A DNA stretch of 63,616 nt, counting the filler, from Globobulimina sp. (Eukaryota), in the NCBI GenBank assembly GCA_003354225.1. It is 21 parts of 21 records of this genome, joined end to end, with 100 filler letters (N's around TTAATTAATTAA, not from the genome) between each part and the next. Parts side by side here need not be neighbours in the genome. Positions count along the whole stretch, not along the records: positions 36,423 to 39,356 come from PIVH01004303.1; positions 39,457 to 42,389 come from PIVH01004304.1; positions 42,490 to 45,422 come from PIVH01004305.1; positions 45,523 to 48,455 come from PIVH01004306.1; positions 48,556 to 51,488 come from PIVH01004307.1; 16 more parts are not named here. The stretch is one strand, 5' to 3'. The position numbers were made by a program, and so were the translations under genes. The notes below the pieces were generated by a model, which saw only the letters and a program-made list of their open reading frames with translations, was not told the DNA's origin and did no database searches. Positions 36,742 through 48,891 of this stretch are shown here, piece by piece (the first letter of the stretch is position 1; every line of letters begins with the position of its first letter).

Positions 36742-38086
36742 TTATTCATCAGTTTCTTTGATTTGTTTCATTTTGTTTGCAATCAATTTATTTTTTGCCG
36801 CATTTGTCCATTTGATTGTCCCTTGTCTAACCACTACACCCCATATAACTGAAAATTGATTTTTATGTTTCTCGATGATATTAACTACTTTTTTACGATG
36901 ACTTTCCGGCAAATATTCCATTGTAACGTACACGACCAAATCACCAAAATAATCCTCACTTGTCATTCCCATCAATGATAAATTATGACCGATTGTACCC
37001 AATATAGATGTTTGTTTTTTGGAGCATTCCAAACTTTGCTCTTGAAAATATTTTTTATCATGGAAATTTTTAGAATGATTTTTTAATCCATTTGTAATCA
37101 AATCATTTTCATTTTCATTTTTTGTATTTGTTTTCTGCTTTTTCCCATTTTTTTTATTCTCTCTATGATCCTTTGCAAATAAACCATTTTTTGCTGCTGA
37201 TATTGATGTCTTTTTTGTTGTCCCCATATTATATTTCTCTTTTTTTGCATCCTCGATTTGTTTAATCAATTTTTCATATTTCTTTGAAATACGTTTGTTT
37301 TTTAATAATTTATGTACCTTATTTTGTTGTGCAGCCTTTTCTACGCGGCCAAAACTATAACATTTTCAAATTATATACAAAATACAAACATATATTGTAT
37401 AAAAGTTATACACAAACATACAGAGCATCATATGCGTTCGGGTTGCGATATGGTAAATTATTTTGATGCATATGTTCTGGCATTTTTTGCTCCTTTATCC
37501 AGTCACCTTTTTTCATTATTTGTGCAAAATTCTTTGAGATAAAAAAATCAATCATTGCTTCAAACTCACATTCATTAAAACGAACCCCTGATGTATCATA
37601 TTCACGTGGTACCTCATCAGTAATTACATTATGTTTTTGTTCACTCGCTTTTGGAGTAAAAAATGATAAAACAGAATATGTTTTATATCCTCCATATTTA
37701 AACCACGTCGGAGTGTCAGCTGCTGCTTTCCATGCGGTATGTTGTCTAAATTTATCTAATCCTTTACCAAAATTATAATGTAGCGCAATATCTTGATATT
37801 CAGCGCAAAAACTAACCCATTCGTCAGAGGATAACTCAATGATTCTCCCATTATTCTTATTGTTATGCATTTTGTTTTGATTCAGTTCTGCTGCTTCACA
37901 ACCTTTGCATATATATCTCCACGCTCTCACCGATAAAAATGCTAAAATTATTCTGCCGAATGAACATTTATCTTTCTCTTGACTCAACAATACTTGGCCA
38001 TGCTTAAAATGTAATTCTTTCGACGTATGGAATCTCTGTAAACATGAATTGCATCTGAATTTTGGCTCAGCGTGTTGTGTCGTCAT
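36742..38086 (-). CDS. Hypothetical protein(s) downstream of transposase, with degenerate zinc-finger-like N-terminus
   Basis: ORF 37406..38086 (CNSC..FH...YICKGC) and Lys-rich ORF 36742..37269; possibly one spliced gene. Confidence 0.4.
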
Positions 38087-38145
38087 TGGAGCAAGTGAGT
38101 CAAGGGAAAAATGTAGTAAAAAGGGGGTTTGCTAAGGATGTTAGA

Positions 38146-39240
38146 TTAGATTTTACGATTTTTATAAAGCAAAAATGCCTGATGAGGACTCGTAAACACA
38201 CAACATAAAGATTTAATGTTACAATTTCTCATTCCATATTCCAATCGCATCCCTCCAAAATAATGTTTATACGGCGCCAATGAATTTGCAACTTGTTTCA
38301 CCATATGCTCAACACGCTCTTCATTAAGATATGATAATCTCAAACCATTCGAAAAAACAATCATATCCATAATGTGTTCCAAATAATGAATTTTTATTCC
38401 AGCATTACATTCTCCTTTCTCTTTATTTGCGGCAGGTGGTCCAAATTCATTCAGAAACTCATAATATAAAGGAATATATCCTGAGATTGTTGCTTTCAAT
38501 ATTTCTATTTCTTCAGCACTATATTTTGAGGTATATTTTTCTGCCATTGTTTCTGTTTTTCGATCATCATTTGACTGTTTATTTCGATGCTTTGCAATCG
38601 CATAATAAATAATGGAAAATTTATCCATCAAACTCTCATATTTTTCTCCTACATTTATTTCAATTTCCTCTTGAACCATATCACATAACTCTTTATAATA
38701 TTCTACATTCTTTTTCACTACAAAACCTTTCAATGAACCGGGTCTGTAATCTTTTTGAATCATTCCTTTACTGCTCATAAATTCATAAACTTTTCTATAT
38801 GCATTTTCTTCCTCTAATAAAAACATTTGTTGTTCAATTTTATCATTCAATTCTTTAATATTATTTTCCATGTCCCGGAAATTCATAGAAATACTCATTT
38901 CCAAATCATTCAAATCATAACCTGTATCAATAGCCTCCTCTGTTTGTAGTAATTGTATCATTTCAATTTCTTTTTCTCTTTTTTGATCTTGATATTTTAT
39001 TAATTCTTGCAATGTTTTATTATTTTCTTTATCATTCATATTGGTTTTCTCTCTGACATAAAATAATAATGCTGCTTGTTGTTTGTACATTATACCTTCA
39101 GGAACATGGAAGGTAGGCAATGTCCAACACCACGGATATATTGGAACCAAAGGTTTATGTCCAATGCCTTTGCAATCAACCAAGCAATCACCACTTAAAT
39201 AATTATTATAATTGCTCCAAACACTACAATTTGTTCGACC
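38146..39240 (-). mobile_element. Transib/RAG1/Chapaev-like DDE transposase, C-terminal exon (5' partial)
   Basis: RT-x6-Y, KPL..I, P-x-FH-x3-GI, helical insertion, then KIHYLEH...LSYLNEERVEHM (K-x-H-x3-H plus catalytic Glu helix). Confidence 0.6.
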
Positions 39241-39310
39241 TAGGAGGGGACAAGCCCCAAAAACCCAAGAGGAATTTTTCTTTTTTTGAAGTGGAAATGA
39301 GAATAATCCA

Positions 39311-39356
39311 TGAAAAATGAGAAAAATCGATGAAAAATGAGAAAAATCGATGAAAA
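39311..39356. repeat. 20-bp tandem repeat at contig end
   Basis: tgaaaaatgagaaaaatcga, about 2.3 copies. Confidence 0.8.
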
Positions 39357-39687
39357 NNNNNNNNNNNNNNNNNNNNNNNNNNNNNNNNNNNNNNNNNNNN
39401 TTAATTAATTAANNNNNNNNNNNNNNNNNNNNNNNNNNNNNNNNNNNNNNNNNNNNTTTGTTGTAATGTTTATATACAACAACTACATAATATAATATTG
39501 AAATTCTAGTGATTTGAACGCATTGCTAGTATGTTCAAATATGAATCCCAAAATAAGCTGTTTTTCACAACTGTGGAAAACAACTTCTTATTTCTGCAAT
39601 CTGTCAAAGAAAGCAAAACAACTGAGATCGACAAAAGAAGAAGGGGATGGTAAAATAATTTAGTAGTCATTTTTTCCTAGTTTGATC

Positions 39688-41532
39688 ATGGCACAACTGC
39701 AAATTTGCAGTGTCATCCAAGACATTAAACTCTACAACAACCCACTATCACAACTTAATTATAAGCACGTGCCCCTGAATAATAACCACAGGAAACCACA
39801 ATCCAACAACCAAGATACTGACAGCGTTCACAGCAATGATAGCAACTCCTTAATCCCATCAGAATATCAAAACATTTTATTATCTCCCAACTACAACTTA
39901 GCATTGGAATCAATATTCAAATGTCCACAAAATCACAAAATCTCCAGGCTTTCAAAAGGAAGAGGAAAATGTGTTAAATGTAAAAAAGATTTGTCAACAA
40001 AACCATGCAGACATTGCAATATTTGTAATTATTATGTATGCCTGCAATGTTGTACTGTATCAGCATCAAATTGTGTTGGTAATCATGGATTATCCGCATA
40101 TTCCCCTGACTGCAAACATGAGTTATTTACATATACATATACAATATACTTATAATATACAATGTGAATATATTTAAAATAATGACTCAATTTAACTATA
40201 TTTACATTGCGAAAAATTAAAATTTTACGTTGAATTTTGTAATTTTTATAAATAATACAGTTTTTTCTGTGATGTTTGTGGTGAAGAAGTCGCAACAAAT
40301 GACACAATGCATTCATGTCGCAAATGTGATTACGATGTATGTTCAAAGTGTTACGTAGCCAGAACTGTGTTGCATAACATTGATTTAAATAATATTCCAT
40401 TGGAGCCGCATAAATATGATGCTATTTTCGCAAATAATTATAATAAAAATGAATTATATCTGATAGATAATATACATTCATATGATAATGATAACGAAGA
40501 AGAAGACAACTTAATTATAAAAGATTTGGATTTGATTAATTTTGATTTTGAATTTAATGATATTTCCGCTGATTTTAATGTAGAAAAAGAAGAGGATTTT
40601 ATTGATTATGTAGTGTCTGAGATTGATAAAATTCGGGATGAAGTTATTGATTTAGAAGAAGAGATTTATAAAAAGAAAATAGTAATTGATAAATTGAGGA
40701 GAATTGAGATGAATAAAAGGTCGCAAGTGCATAAGGTCAATGTATGGATGAAAGAAAACAAACTGTTATGGGAATCATTTAAGGTATACATAGTTACATA
40801 CATCTTAAAAACGAAAATGTTTTTCAGTGAGTTTTCATGTATTTTAACATGATGTGTTTATAATTTGTATAGCTTCGATGGAAAGAATGGAATTTGGAAT
40901 GTTTTATAGAATTTTTGAAGCGGATCCAATTAGAATGCAGTACATTTGATGAATATTATGATGGGAATGATATAAATTGTAAGATTAAAATAGAAAAATA
41001 TATGGAGACACATATGGATAAATTTGGAAATAATATATTTTATGGTAATCATTTGAAATTATTTAACGAATTAAGTTTATATCGAATTGGCATAACAAAT
41101 GATAAAGACTGCAATATTATTTATGAGGAAATACAGAAATTAATTACATTTGATAAGAAACACAATCATTATCACAGGAAAAAGAAAAAAAAATTGAGTA
41201 AAAAAAAGAAGAAAAGCCATAGAAATAAAAGAGAAGTATCCGATGAAAGTGATGATGATAATTATAAAGGGAATGATAATGAATTATTAGTATTTTTAAA
41301 ACATATTAATATGGAAATGTATTATAATACATTAATGGATGATGGATTTGATGATATAAACGCTTTAAATATTTTGGAGAAAACAGATTTGGTGCAGTTA
41401 GGAATGAAAAATGGACACATTAAAAAATTGTTGAAAAATGTACAGCTTTTTAATCAAAAAAATAAAAATATGAATCCTAATCAAATCGAGGGCCAACTAC
41501 ACTTAGTACACTATTATCCATCACCAAAATAG
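39688..41532 (+). CDS. Cys-rich zinc finger + coiled-coil + SAM-domain protein, multi-exon
   Basis: Two C-x2-(N)H...CxxC...CxxC-x-Y-x-VCxxC units. SAM-like FLKHINMEMYY...DGFDD...DLVQLGMKNGHIKKL. Introns near 40123..40260 and 40784..40872. Confidence 0.7.
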
Positions 41533-42180
41533 GAAAATGAATACATCAAAACTTTAAATCTTTAATATAGAGTGTGTAAAATGTTAAAAAAAGTGTTGTT
41601 TTTGTGTTTTAACTTTTGTAGTTTGTTGATAGGGGATTGTATTATTGGTTCATTATTTTAGATTGATGTTTTTTTTTGATTGAAATGTTGTTATAATGCG
41701 TCACTTTCACTAAGCTACGAACAAACACATGTAAAGCGATTGCGAATGAAAGCAAATATGATTAGTTCATGATAAAGAATATTGATTGGATATTGATAGT
41801 AATTTAGTATAAACAACGTAAATAGAGCAACATAATTATATGCCTACCAGTTATTAGCGATTGCATTTTTCAAGGTGTTTTGTCTTGATTCCTGCATCAG
41901 TATTAAAATAAAATTGAGCTTATTACGGATAAGATTGTATATAAATTAGATTTTGTAACCCAAAGCAGACCAAATAGTGTACGTACAACTGCAACCAACA
42001 GTTTGCTGACAAGTCGAACTATTTCACTTAAAAGTTTTGTCGAGTTCCTCTCTCAACGAGATCACTTCATCGTTGCAGTCGCTTACCAACTCAAACAAAT
42101 AAATTGGATTTGTTGTGATCCCTTTTACTAAGCTCAACAGCAACACACAAAAACCAATTGCTAACACACACAATCAAACA

Positions 42181-42389
42181 ATGTCTTACGGCGGATATCA
42201 ACAACCAGCATTATCGTATCAACAAAGATACATTAATCAACCAGCAGGTCGTGCTGGTGGCGCTACGCACCAACAGCAAAACACATCAACCTCTGGCATC
42301 CCAGCAAGCAAACCTTTAACCTCAGTGGGTGGTGGATATTTACAGTCTTCGTCCAAACCCGGACCAGTGGCCCAACCGCATGGTGGCGG
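42181..42389 (+). CDS. Low-complexity protein N-terminus (3' partial)
   Basis: MSYGGYQQP..., G/Q/S/P-rich frame open to the contig end. Confidence 0.45.
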
Positions 42390-42688
42390 NNNNNNNNNNN
42401 NNNNNNNNNNNNNNNNNNNNNNNNNNNNNNNNNTTAATTAATTAANNNNNNNNNNNNNNNNNNNNNNNNNNNNNNNNNNNNNNNNNNNNTATATACTTTC
42501 TCTATCTTATGCTGTAATTAGACCTTTTTGAAGCTTCCTGGATATGTATTAAAATGACACTAGTACATCTAAACCCTATGAAAGGTTGGGTTCTAAATAA
42601 AGTGTAAATAAATTAGCTTAGTCAGCAAATATATTTCGATGATGATACAGTATGTTATTTAACATATATTATTAAATTTATATATAAG

Positions 42689-45422
42689 GATATCAGGCAC
42701 CGACATGACGTGTTTAAACCACTGATTATCATTGAAGCACTCCACCAACATAACATACTAAAACTTTATAACGATCCATACAATCTGATGGAGGCTTGTG
42801 GCGATGGAGGAAATGCTAAAATGGGAGCTCATGAATATTGTGTGAACAGAGCTGGACTGCCAATAAACGATGTGTCCAATCCGAAGCTGAAGAATGCCGA
42901 CCTCAAAGTGTATGACAACCAAAACTATGAGTGGTGGGAGGATGTGACCGTCCCAGTCATCACTTGCAGTAAAACCTCCAGCACGCAATGCACTGTGGAC
43001 GAGGGTACGGTGAATGGGGCGTACGGCGTAGCTGCGGATATTTATGCCTATGCCTTGAATACATGGGATATGTATTATGAGTGGGAGTATATGAATGAGG
43101 CTCCTATTTTGTCTCCTAAACCGTTTCCAATTTATGTGCATGTAGGCACCGATTGGGGGAATGCGAATTTTGCAGGCGATGAAATAAATTTTGGTGATGG
43201 TGACACTAATTGGCATCCATTGGGCACTCTATCCATTGCTGCGCATGAACTGGCGCATGGATATACGGATAGAGTGAGTGGGTTGGTTTATTCCGGGGAG
43301 TCTGGAGGAATGAATGTTTAGTTACTCACTCTCCGATATACGATTTGTCCCCGAAAACAGTGACGAATTAATCTGTTTTCACCATTTTTGGCGACAAATC
43401 GTAAACTAAGTACGATACAGTATTTTTTATATGGTTTCAGATTTTTAATATACTAAAGTTTATTATTTGAATGGCTACACAGGAAGCGTACAGTGACATA
43501 GTTGGAGAATGTGCTGAATGGTATTTGACGAAATCTGGAACTGTAAATTGGGAAAATGGCAACGATATTTTCAAAACAGGCGGTGCATTGCGATATTTGT
43601 TCAATCCGCCATTGGATGGAATTTCCATTGATCATTATTGTAACTTTCAGTCTGTACTGGATGTGGTATGCTACTATACTTCTTACAAATAATTTTAGTA
43701 TATATTAACTGTATATAATTAATTATATCAGCATTATTCATCTGGTCTGTATAACAAAGCTGCATATTTACTGAGTGTGGATAGCACCTATGCCTGGAGT
43801 ATGGAGCAAATATTTAAAGTATTTAGCACAGCAAATAAATATTACTGGACCAGCACAAGTACTTTCAATCAAGGCGTATGTGGTTTGTCCTCCGCATTGA
43901 ATTTGTTATACACCGGAAATACTGCGATGGAAACTGCTTTGATAAACTCATTTGCTGCGGTTGGATTAGAATGTGGTGGATCAACATACTGTGCTACCAA
44001 TGGCGATTTTGGTGTAGCTTGTGGCCTCAATACATATTGTTTTTACAGAGATGTGCCAGTATCATCCACTCAGCAAAGCACCTTTTCTATGGACATCAAA
44101 GGATATGCAAATGACGGCTCTCAAACCGCGTTTTTTATATATTTAACCATCACAAATTATAAGTGTATTAATCCAAAATTAACACTAAAAGTAGAACGAA
44201 TTGATTACGATGGATATCCATCGCTGGATGAAATGTTAGAAGTATATGACAATGATGGTGCAATGATTAAACGTTGTACGGCTGCTGACGTTGCCTGTGG
44301 TGTATTTGATAATTGCCTCAGTACGAGATCGCTAAATAATGGACAGACAATCAGCAAAAATACCCAATATCTCATCAAACTAAAAGGTGGATATGACGTA
44401 GGTGCTTTGTGTGGTGGTGCTATAAATGTCAATGCTATTTTAAAGTTTCGATGCGATCAGGCACCAACCCCATCTCCTACACCGTTACCCACCGCATTGC
44501 CCACTACCTCACCCACAGACCAGCCAACGTCTGACCCCACCACTGATCCTACCAACGATCCCACTGCAAATCCAACAAATGATCCCACTGCGGACCCTAC
44601 ACACGATCCAACTAACCATCCCACTCGAAATCCAACATGGCATCCGACCTGGCACCCAAGTATTGACCCGACCGCAGACCCTACAAATGACCCAACCGCA
44701 GATCCAACTACATTCCCAACCAATGTCCCAACACGAGATCCAAGTAAAGATCCAACCAGCGATCCAACCCTGGAGCCTACATTCATGCCCACGTCCATCC
44801 CTACATTGGAACCGAGCGCAAATCCAACAGGTTATCCCACATTTGACCCAACAAACGACCCGACAAGTCATCCAACCTTTGATCCAACCACATATCCAAC
44901 CACATATCCAACATTTAATCCAACTGCTGAGCCAACCATCGAGCCAACAACTAATCCAACAAACGATCCCACTGTCGAGCCAACCTTTGATCCAACATTT
45001 AATCCAACTGTTGAGCCAACCGTTGGGCCCACAACTAATCCAACAAACGATCCCACTGTTGAGCCAACAGTCGACCCCTCGACATACCCAACAAATGGCC
45101 CAACATCGGACCCAAGCACATATCCGACACATGAGCCAACCATTGAGCCAACATATGATCCCACTGCTGATCCAACAGTGGATCCAACCTCCAGTCCAAC
45201 AAATAATCCAACCAGTGATCCAACTATAGATCCTACCTACGATCCAACTGTGGATCCCACATCATATCCAACTAGCGATCCAAGTATATATCCAACTGTT
45301 GATCCCACTGTACATCCCACTGAGGATCCAACTACTGAGCCAACACACGATCCAACATTCAATCCAAACACTCCAACATTTGATCCAACAGCTCATCCAA
45401 CGTTTGATCCAACTATTGGACC
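42689..45422 (+). CDS. M4 (thermolysin/pseudolysin-like) metalloprotease with Cys-rich domain and PTxxPT stalk (partial)
   Basis: FGDG, AAHELAHG, GLVYSGESGGMN|EAYSD (intron 43316..43482), DV|HYSSGLYNKA (intron 43666..43731), ANKYYWT. Confidence 0.92.
44461..45422. repeat. Degenerate 12-bp tandem repeat encoding (D/N/E)PTx
   Basis: gatccaac-type units spanning ~960 bp. Confidence 0.9.
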
Positions 45423-45522
45423 NNNNNNNNNNNNNNNNNNNNNNNNNNNNNNNNNNNNNNNNNNNNTTAATTAATTAANNNNNNNNNNNNNNNNNNNNNN
45501 NNNNNNNNNNNNNNNNNNNNNN

Positions 45523-46743
45523 AACAATAACAATCAAATGCAAAGAGGATCATATATGGGACCATCCAATACAAATAATCGACAAAATCGAAATAATAAT
45601 AATAACAATCAAAGAGGTTCTTATATGAACAATCCAAACAATCAAAATCGTAATCCTCAAAATCAAAATCGTGGTGCACCCAATCAAAATAATATGGGCC
45701 CAAACAATCAAAGAAAACATATGAAGAATCCAAATAACAATGCTCCAAATAATCAAAGAGGATCTTATATGAATAACAATCCAAACAAACAAAATAATCA
45801 ACAAAGATCTTATAATAACGGACCTGGCCATAATCAAAATAACCAACGACAACCAAATCAAAATAATATGCATCCAAATCAACGCCGATCATACATGAAC
45901 AACAACAATAATAATAATAATATGAATCGAGGACCTAATCAAAATAATAACAACCGAGGACCACAGAATAAAAATAATATGAATCCAAATAATCAACGAC
46001 GTTCATACATGAATAACAACACAAATAACAGTAATAATCAACGCAGATCGTACATGAATAATGATACAAACAATAAAAATATGAATCCAAACAATAATAA
46101 CAATCAACGCGGCTCTTATATGCGGAGTCAGCCAAACAATCCAAATAATAATCAAAATAATCAAAAAGCACCAAATCAAAGCAGTAATAATAGCAATACA
46201 CCAAAAGCCGACCCAAAAGTAGGTTTATTTAAAAAAGTGGGTGGCTCAAAAAACAAAAAAGATGATGATAATGATTCAGTGATTGGATTTAAGCCACCGG
46301 CGCCTGCGTTTGCCACCAAACCAAAGAAGAAATTGCCACCAAAACCTAAACCTAAAGATAAAGCAGCAGAGAACAACGGATATGGTATGATGATGGCTCC
46401 GCCTTCGCGTGCACAAAGACAAGAATTCCGAGCAGCCACAGCACAGAAAAAAAAGGAGAAAAAGAAGCCTAAATCGATATGGGATGTCAATGAGAATGCG
46501 AGCGAAGTGGACGATGATGAGTACAAAAAGAAGAAAGTGTTGGGATTGTACGATCAGCGCAAATCTGCAATCAATGACATGATATCGGATGAATCGATGC
46601 GTCGGATTGATATTCAAGCAAAAAGGAAATCGATCTTTGATGAAAGTTCCAGTGACAGCGAGTCTGAAGATTCACGGAGATTAACTGTTGATATTACAAA
46701 TGCGAGAAATTTCTCTGTTTCTGGCAATATGGGTCGATTGTAA
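45523..46743 (+). CDS. N/Q-rich low-complexity protein (5' partial)
   Basis: Repeated NQR(G/R)SYM motifs in poly-Asn, followed by a Pro/Lys-rich and acidic tail. Confidence 0.75.
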   Translation, partial: NNNNQMQRGSYMGPSNTNNRQNRNNNNNNQRGSYMNNPNNQNRNPQNQNRGAPNQNNMGPNNQRKHMKNPNNNAPNNQRGSYMNNNPNKQNNQQRSYNNGPGHNQNNQRQPNQNNMHPNQRRSYMNNNNNNNNMNRGPNQNNNNRGPQNKNNMNPNNQRRSYMNNNTNNSNNQRRSYMNNDTNNKNMNPNNNNNQRGSYMRSQPNNPNNNQNNQKAPNQSSNNSNTPKADPKVGLFKKVGGSKNKKDDDNDSVIGFKPPAPAFATKPKKKLPPKPKPKDKAAENNGYGMMMAPPSRAQRQEFRAATAQKKKEKKKPKSIWDVNENASEVDDDEYKKKKVLGLYDQRKSAINDMISDESMRRIDIQAKRKSIFDESSSDSESEDSRRLTVDITNARNFSVSGNMGRL

Positions 46744-47143
46744 TCATTAATGTTCTGTTTTGTATATAATTATGACCTGACTTCTACTGTATAACCAATT
46801 GACGCACTGTGACTGTTGCTTTCTTTTCATTTTGTTTTATGTGTAATGTGTTTTTTTTCATTGTGTTCGAGTTTTTATATGACCATTTTTTCATTCTTAT
46901 AATTTCTTATATTGTTTTCTCTTTCAAATATCTATCTGTAATCACCATTATTAGCTTCAGTAATTTCTGAACTGCCTGCTTTTTCATCATCACTCAACCT
47001 ATATACTAGAAACGGTTTGCTATAGGTTTCTCTTGGATATGTTATCATTTAATCGATCAACTTGATGAATTTGTAGACAAAGTGCAAACTTTTTGGAGTA
47101 AAATCGAGTAAAATCTATCATTTGAAGTATTTTGAACTGCATC

Positions 47144-48455
47144 ATGTCTTTTTGGAGTAAAATCGAACAATTTGTGTCAGAAATCGAGACGTCACATAAT
47201 TTGTTGTCATTGTCTGGTTCAACTTCAAATACATTAGACATTGTCGACAATAAAATCATATTCATATTGCAAAACGTAATTAAATCAAATGTTGAAATTG
47301 ATGTAGCATTCATTGAGATTATCAAATTGATAGCGGATGCAACAAAACTGACTGATTCACAAAACACTTGCATTGGTTATTACAAATTTCTGTTTCATTT
47401 CTTGATTTTTGGAGGGTGTTTAGGCAAAAAATACAAGAGATATATTGTACTGAACGCAAATGATGATGATTATAAAAATAATACAGTATTACAATATTGT
47501 ATTGACGAATTTATACCAAATATGGATAAATCAAACATGAGATACAAATATCACAATACAAGAAGAAATTCAATAATCAGCGGAGCAACAAAATATTTGA
47601 ATAAATTGCAATTGGATAATTATAATATTGGGAATAATATTGAATATAATATTGCAGCGTTGATTGCTGATTTTACAGCATTCCAATTTGAAGAATTTTT
47701 CTGTTCACTGGTTCGTTTTTGTACCCTTCCGTCAAACAGCAACTATCTGTACAAACACTTGAATGCAGTTTGGACGCATTACCATTTTGCAGATGGATAC
47801 GTATCGTTTATGATGTCGAAATTATTGTTGTCATCGCAATTTATATCAATAAATGATGATAATTTAACATATTTTGCCCATCAAATGTTTTTTAAGTGTA
47901 TGTCATATGAAATGCAAATTTATCCGGGAATGGTCTATACTTTGATAGCAAGTTTCTTTTCAAATCACGCAACAATGCAGCCGTGGAACAATGCTATTCT
48001 TTTTATTGAATGTTTTGAAACATTATATTCGAATGCAAATGATATAAGAAATGCATTTGGAAAATGTATTATCGGTGACTGCAATTATGACAATCAAGGC
48101 CCATTCTCAATATTTTATAATGGAAATTTCGAACATATGAAGAATGTGAATATCTCATCGAATGTCTCCGATCTGGCAAACATTTCAAACATTTCATTGG
48201 ATGCAATGGATTATTTATTTACTCATTTTATTAATAAATATTTTATTCATTCGAATTCGGTGGATATTGTAAATAATTTGTTTTATCAAATAATTAATCT
48301 CATCATGTATTCACATAATTGTTTTATTTATTTTATGCACTTACATTCGAATCAATTGCAAAACACTTTGATAATGAATCAGAAGACAATGCAGCTTGAA
48401 TTAATGAAGAAATGTGCCTATTATATTGAGCACATTTTTTCGGCGGATTATGATG
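47144..48455 (+). CDS. Hypothetical protein (3' partial)
   Basis: Open frame of more than 430 codons; no motif recognised. Confidence 0.55.
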
Positions 48456-48891
48456 NNNNNNNNNNNNNNNNNNNNNNNNNNNNNNNNNNNNNNNNNNNNT
48501 TAATTAATTAANNNNNNNNNNNNNNNNNNNNNNNNNNNNNNNNNNNNNNNNNNNNTATCATCGACTGCTGTGATTAATTCATTCCTGAATAAACAATGGA
48601 TTTGCATCAATAGGGTTTAATTCAAATAACATTTAAATAACATTTAAATAACTAAACTGTAAAGGTGTAAGATTAAGAGTGTTACTACCAACATTCCATT
48701 TGCATTGTGATAACACTGTGACTGTGGATATTGCAAAAAAAAACACAAATAGCAGCATGGTGTTTACAAAGTTTTGTTGAGGTTTTCAGATTTTACTTGT
48801 GTTACTTACTGGAAGTGGACAGTGTTTTTGTATATCAAAAGCAAAAATTAATGTTAGAACAACTTTACAAAAACACGTGTTTTCATGAATT

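Noticed and set aside
43337-43405. Short inverted repeat (TACGATTTGTC...GACAAATCGTA) in the M4 intron as a mobile intron
   Set aside because: Single short instance with no TSD or second copy; insufficient support.
44457-45229. Antisense and alternative-frame ORFs over PT repeats (also 324..527 and 45467..46216)
   Set aside because: Shadows of periodic low-complexity coding sequence.
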